Below are positions 55,378 to 64,000 of a stretch of 64,000 nucleotides of DNA, in pieces (the first letter of the stretch is position 1; every line of letters begins with the position of its first letter). Both the position numbers and the translations under genes were made by a program. The notes below the pieces were generated by a model. That model did not search any database. It was not told the origin of the DNA and saw only the letters and a list, made by a program, of their open reading frames with translations. Source of the DNA: Paraspadella gotoi (Eukaryota > Animalia > Chaetognatha); NCBI GenBank assembly GCA_051294375.1, contig JBJCIZ010000744.1:562264-626263 (forward strand). Reading direction: 5' to 3'.

Positions 55378-56697
55378 TCACGAAAACCCTTGGCAATTCT
55401 CCGCATGGTCATTGGCTTGCTTTCTTCGACGAAAGCGACTCCCGCAATTCTTGGGACACGTGTATCTCTCGTCCGTGTGGACGTTACGCTCGTGTTCTTT
55501 CCGATTGTTCCAAGTGAGAAATCCTTTGCCACAGACGCGACACTTAAAGACCCTATTCCCCGAGTGCGTCGTCAAGTGGCGACGGAGAAGCGACGCCTCT
55601 CGAAAGGCCTTTCCGCAGTGGACGCAGACGCAAGGCTTCTCTCCGGTGTGAACGCGTTCGTGTTCTTTCAATCTCGTCGAACCCCAAAAACTCGCCGAGC
55701 AGAATCGGCAGACGTGATCCTTGGTGCCTCCGTGAAGCCTTTTCACGTGATTATTAAGACCCAATTTAGAATTGAAAGCTCGATCGCATTCGCTGCAAAC
55801 GAATTTTCCGAAATTGGCGTGGCGCATCTCGTGGATTCGAAGTCGGTACGCCGAACGAAAGGTTTTGGAACAATTCGAACATGTATAATCCTTGTTTTCG
55901 TGGACCTCGAGGTGACTTTTGAGAGCGCCCGTTTTTCTGAACGCGCGACCACAGACTGGACAAATCGTGGATTTAGTCCGCGAGGCGAGGCTGTTGGATT
56001 TGAGCTTGGCAGTCCGTTTGTTTTCGTTCTTTTGTTCTTCTCCGTTTTTCGTCGAACGATCGTCGATTGTTTCATTTCTGTCATCAATTTCGGTTTCATC
56101 TTCGTCGTCAATGGTTATAACTTGCACCGCGGACAGACCGTTTTTGCTTCCATCAGGATCGCTAGTTTTTATTTTCCCTTTGTCGTCACCTCGAATTTTG
56201 TTAGTCCTGATATCGACGCGATTTTTAACAAACGAGTCGGCGTCATTTCGAGTCAAACGAGTCTTAACAATCTCTTCTTTTGTTTCCTTTTCGAGGTCAG
56301 CGCTAAAATTGTCGTCGTCGTCCACTGTCGGTTCATCGACGGAATCCATCGACTTTTCGGAATCGAGAGAAAAGGGATTGGTTATTGGATTGGTTAAAGG
56401 ATTGGTTAAAGGATTGGTTAAAGGATTGGTTAAAGGATTGGTTAAAATTCGTCGCGCGGTGACACCATTTTCACCGAGGGTTTCGTCGGACGTGATGGTA
56501 AAGTAGATCCTCCTCCTCCACTTGTGCAAAAGCTTCCCGACGAGGCGTAAATCTCTCCAGCACGGTGCGCACAAAGTTTGCGGCTCGCGAATCCGGATGA
56601 TCCCGCAACTGATCATGGACACGTGACTTTGGGTCACGTGATTAAGTTCGATCGGCGCAATTTGGGTAGATTGCGTTTGGCAGAAGTCGCAAGCCAT
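55378..56697 (-). CDS. C2H2 zinc-finger protein (~7 fingers) with N-terminal ZAD-like CxxC...CxxC domain, intronless
   Basis: MACDFC..EPQTLCAPCWRDL; (LTNP)n spacer; C2H2 array with HTGEKP linker. Confidence 0.9.
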   Translation of the reverse strand: MACDFCQTQSTQIAPIELNHVTQSHVSMISCGIIRIREPQTLCAPCWRDLRLVGKLLHKWRRRIYFTITSDETLGENGVTARRILTNPLTNPLTNPLTNPLTNPITNPFSLDSEKSMDSVDEPTVDDDDNFSADLEKETKEEIVKTRLTRNDADSFVKNRVDIRTNKIRGDDKGKIKTSDPDGSKNGLSAVQVITIDDEDETEIDDRNETIDDRSTKNGEEQKNENKRTAKLKSNSLASRTKSTICPVCGRAFRKTGALKSHLEVHENKDYTCSNCSKTFRSAYRLRIHEMRHANFGKFVCSECDRAFNSKLGLNNHVKRLHGGTKDHVCRFCSASFWGSTRLKEHERVHTGEKPCVCVHCGKAFREASLLRRHLTTHSGNRVFKCRVCGKGFLTWNNRKEHERNVHTDERYTCPKNCGSRFRRRKQANDHAENCQGFS

Positions 56698-56943
56698 TGT
56701 TGTTTTTTTTTTAAATATATAAACCTTTCAAAAAAATCACAGCACAGGCAAGTTAGCATAATAAAAAAAGTATGTATATGCCCGCGGAAGATAGAAGCAA
56801 AAACATCACAGATTAAAAGGTCAAAATACGAAAGAAGCTGACAAGCTTCAAAAACTATTCTCATTTGGCATGAATAGGCTGAGCTACGTCTATGGTACGT
56901 AGACTAATAGAAAAAAAAACAAAATATAACTCGAAAATCTAAA

Positions 56944-60388
<3,445 letters not shown>

Positions 60389-61131
60389 TTTGGGTCATTT
60401 TTTGGTCTTTCTGTGGAACGGTCGGTCCTTCAAGGAATTGTCATGGTTGCCGCTAAAATGTACCAAGCAAACAAGCGTGAAAAAAAGATATCACAGACCA
60501 AAAAAATATATATAAATATGATTAATTTCTAACAATCTCGTGATGACGAAGCGGATGAAAATAAATAAATTTGCTATGGTTTTTTTTAATGATGATAATT
60601 CTTTTGATGATTGTCTTAAATAATGTACGATTGGCAAAGCAAACCATGCCAAAAACCAAACTAAATAAAATACGATGTCAAATCTGGTTTTAAGGCCTTA
60701 ACTAAATGATAATTAACTGTTATAAACATTTTTTAGGCATAAATACTAATTACAAAGAATTTCCGTTTTTTAAATCCGAATTAAAATCCCCAAGATAAGA
60801 AAATAAAAAACACCAAACTTTCGAAGAGAGTGACTAGTAGAAGTTTGAATTAAATGAGCTTTTGGGCCAAAATGAATAATCACATTTTACTAAAATAGTA
60901 AGTTAAAAAAAGCACCAAAGTAATAGAATTCGACTAGATTTCAATCCAAGGCTTCTCGCACAGAAAAAAATACCTGACAAAAAAATTTCCCTTTGGGTCA
61001 AAAAGAGGATTTTTTCCTCTCAACAAAAACAAAAATTTCATTTCATAATATGTCATGAGTCGGGACATAACTTCACTCATAAAATAATTTCCAATATGAA
61101 ACTTTTTTAAATTAAATTTTCCGCTTTTCTC

Positions 61132-63367
61132 TCAGTCCTCTTTTTTCTCGTTCGAACTTTCTCCAGCATTATTATTAGTCTGGGAATCGCTGGTTCTTCC
61201 CGATTCGTTGCTACTGGAGCTGCTGCTGCTCCCGCTCCCGCTCCCACGGCCGATGTTGACGTTGTCAAGCTTGGCGTGTTCCTCCTCGACCAAAGACTTC
61301 AACTCCTCGTCCCAGTGGAGCAGTTTGGCCAGTTCCATGCACCCGTCGTCGCAGGATCCCGCCCAAAAGACGTCGCGGTCGTTTCGTGGGTCGTCGAAGC
61401 GCAAACCTCCCACGCCTGCGTTCATTATGAAACATGAGACATTTAACCAACTATTATTCAACTTCAAGAGTATTTTTTAATTCACTCTCTCGTCCAGTGT
61501 ACACATATGCGGATAAGGCGCTCAGTAGGCTGAAGACTGAAGAATGCTATAACTTCCTTAACCCCCTCAAGTAGCCATGGAACGGGTCCTGGCCCCTGGG
61601 CTTGTAACAAGCTTGAGGGTTTTTCAGGCCCCCCAAGGCGTTTTACGGACGTCCTCACGATTCCCGCAGGGTAGGTACCATTGGGGATCGATCACGGTAC
61701 AATTGGGGATCGATCTCGGTACCATTGGGGATCGATCACGGTAAAATTGGGGATCGATCTCGTTACAATTACTGTTACTATAGTGGGAGAGAGAGAGCGC
61801 GAGTTATGGGGGCATAGGCGTTTGTTGTAGCGTACCCAAAGTCGGCAGGGCATAGGCGTTTGTCGTAGTGTACCCTGATAAGGTTGCGTGTTCGATAGTA
61901 GGGCTCACCAGTCACCACTTATGGCAACAGCCGGGTTGCCTGTGATGCCCATTGGGATCGGGCATCTCAATGTTGGCTCAGGGGGCTTCCGACCCTCAGT
62001 GACTGTCACTGATGCGGTTACCCTAGGACAGTCTCGCTTTGCAAACGCAAAGGGAAGTTGTTAGTACTGTGGCTGGAACACAACGCTTGGGATGGTGTGT
62101 TCCCCCTCTGAGCCAATGAGATTGGCTGAACGATAATGTATGTGAGGCGGTGTGAATAAACCGCTACACTCTGCTATTTATGCCGTCAACATCAAACACG
62201 CATCGATTATCGCCTCACCCAAAAGCGCCATAAAGGGAGAAACTGTCCCGGCCTTTTCCCTGTTGATCAACAACCGCGGACAATCCCTCCCGACTTGATC
62301 GATCATGGAGGCGAAAGGCTGCACCACTAGCGAGGTCCCCATGATAATGAGCAGGTCGCAGACAGGCAAATCCGCTTGGACTCTCTTGAAGAACCGCTCG
62401 GGAAGATTCTCGTTGAAGAATACGATATCGGGCTTGACAAGTTCGTTGCATTCCTCGCACGAGGGCGTTCGGTCCTCCATCACCTCTTGCTTGAACCACT
62501 CGCGCGAATAGGGCCGTCTGCAGCCGAGACAATGGGCGCCCTTCATCGACCCGTGTGCCTCGACGACCCGCTCCTCAGACATTCCGGCCATCATTTCCAG
62601 CGCGTCCACGTTTTGAGTGAAGGACCGTAGGAGCAGACCCTTTTGTTCCAGCAAGCGCTGGAAGTAGTGACTGACGGTGGGTTTGACCTCGGCGGCGAGC
62701 AGCTCCTTGGCGAGGAAGAGAAAAGGCTGCGGGTTGGCCATGAAGTAGTTGATCTCGAAGAGGGACTGCGGGTTGTCGAGTTGAAACCGTTCCGCCATGG
62801 TGTCGTAGAGGCCGCTGCCGGGGCTTCGAAAGTCCGGAATCCCTGCGGAGGTGGAAATCCCGGCGCCGGTCATGAAGCAGATCTTGCGGCATTCGCCGCC
62901 GGAAATGTAATCAGCGACGCCTTGAAGGCTGAGGTTGCCCTTGAGGCGCGATAGTGGGTCGAAACGGGGGGCAGTGTTGGGAGAGGCGCCGGCGTCGTCG
63001 TCGTCGTCGGCATCGATATCCAGCGCAGCTGAAGAGACGAATGGAATAATTGGACACCAACGGAATCGGTTAAATTCATAATATTACTGATATAACTGAT
63101 ATCAGACCAAAATGTGACAAGTTCAACGTTTTACTTAGTAAAACAGGTAAACGAGAATCGTCTCCACTCACCGAACCGGCTATGGACCCACTCCAAAAAG
63201 CTCTCCCTCTCCGAACGAGCCTTATCACTGTCATCGCGCGCAGAATCTCCGTCGGTCGTAGAACTCTCGTTTTGTTGAGTATCGTCGTCGTCATCGTCGT
63301 CGTCGTCTCGGCGTTTGACGGCTTTGTTTTTGTCCTTCTTCTGAATCTCATTGTTATTTTCGGACAT
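61132..63367 (-). CDS. SIRT2: NAD-dependent deacetylase sirtuin-2, 3 exons
   Basis: GAGISTSAGIPDFRSP, TQNVDALE, EAHGS, VKPDIVFF, GTSLVVQPFA, PRLLINRE, RDVFWAGSCDDGC..LAKLLHW. Confidence 0.95.
61498..62191 (+). mobile_element. Probable solo LTR in SIRT2 intron 2 (contains ~4 copies of a 22-bp tandem repeat)
   Basis: TG...CA ends, AATAAA at 62155-62160, composition unlike the host intron. No TSD found. Confidence 0.5.
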
Positions 63368-63765
63368 TTCTTTCTGTTAATTTTTTTTTTTTTTTGGATC
63401 AAAAGAATTTAACGTATGATCTACTATACTATACCAAATTTTGTAATTCAGTCTCAGCACTGATGATGAACGAAATACACGTTCGAAACATGTCTGCTAC
63501 CATTTAAATAAAAAATTCGTTGTGAAAAACTGAAAATTGTTATTTCGTCTGATCTACTATACATAATATTTCATTCGATATATAAAAACCATCGGGTAAA
63601 AATAAAATTGCTATGCGATTTTTAGTTCAATGTAAATTCTGGAATTTGGAATAAAATTTATCGTAACCACGGAAACGGAAACTCGAAAGGCGTAGTACGA
63701 ACTTTCCTTTGCCCCACCCAAACTCTCATCCTCTCTCGCTCTCGCTCTCTATCTCTCTCAGAACA

Positions 63766-63964
63766 TCAACTAAAGTCCTCAACGTCGTCCAACCCCATAC
63801 TTCCAATTCCACTCGTATCAATCGAATCGAGGCGACGGCGATAGTCGGACAGGGCTGGCCTTTCGGCGAAGGCGTCCAGAGCCGCCGGCAACTGTTTCAA
63901 GATTTCCCGATAACGCGAAAGATTAGAGACGAACCTGATGCAAACCGACGCTTCAAACAAAACT
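63766..63964 (-). CDS. Last exon of an unidentified gene extending beyond the window
   Basis: Acceptor cccttttAG at ~63965-63966, then an exon-like GC-rich open frame ending DDVEDFS*. Confidence 0.55.
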
Positions 63965-64000
63965 CTAAAAGGGAGAGATGGTGCGGAAACGTTTTATATT

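Overview
Eukaryotic (metazoan invertebrate, taxon not determinable) genomic DNA with GC/CpG-rich exons and AT-rich introns/spacers. About 22 intact or partial protein-coding genes plus one pseudogene lie head-to-tail on the minus strand. From right to left: unknown partial gene, SIRT2, ITIH-like, ZAD-C2H2 zinc finger plus decayed paralog, TMEM245, DnaJ, OCIAD, RNF144, YIPF1/2, glutaminase, rhomboid, PRKCSH-like, TMEM192, TXNDC15, winged-helix orphan, MADS-like orphan, small Pro-rich orphan, TMEM42, WDR91, ABCD, class A GPCR and presenilin. The only plus-strand gene is an RNF139/TRC8-family E3 nested in ABCD intron 1. Short spacers (28-600 bp) and unpaired splice acceptors just upstream of start codons suggest operon-like polycistronic transcription with trans-splicing. 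Top candidates: (1) a UGA-CUAG readthrough context at the WDR91 stop followed by a 106-codon in-frame extension ending in a CaaX box (CLLS); (2) the unidirectional gene array; (3) recurrent duplications spanning splice sites, including three 37-nt mini-exons in TMEM245 that restore frame only together; (4) a young TRIM-type LTR element inside a TIR element. The first ~2.3 kb is low-accuracy sequence beside an N gap. Gene identities come from motif recognition by eye, with no database search, and exon boundaries were inferred manually.
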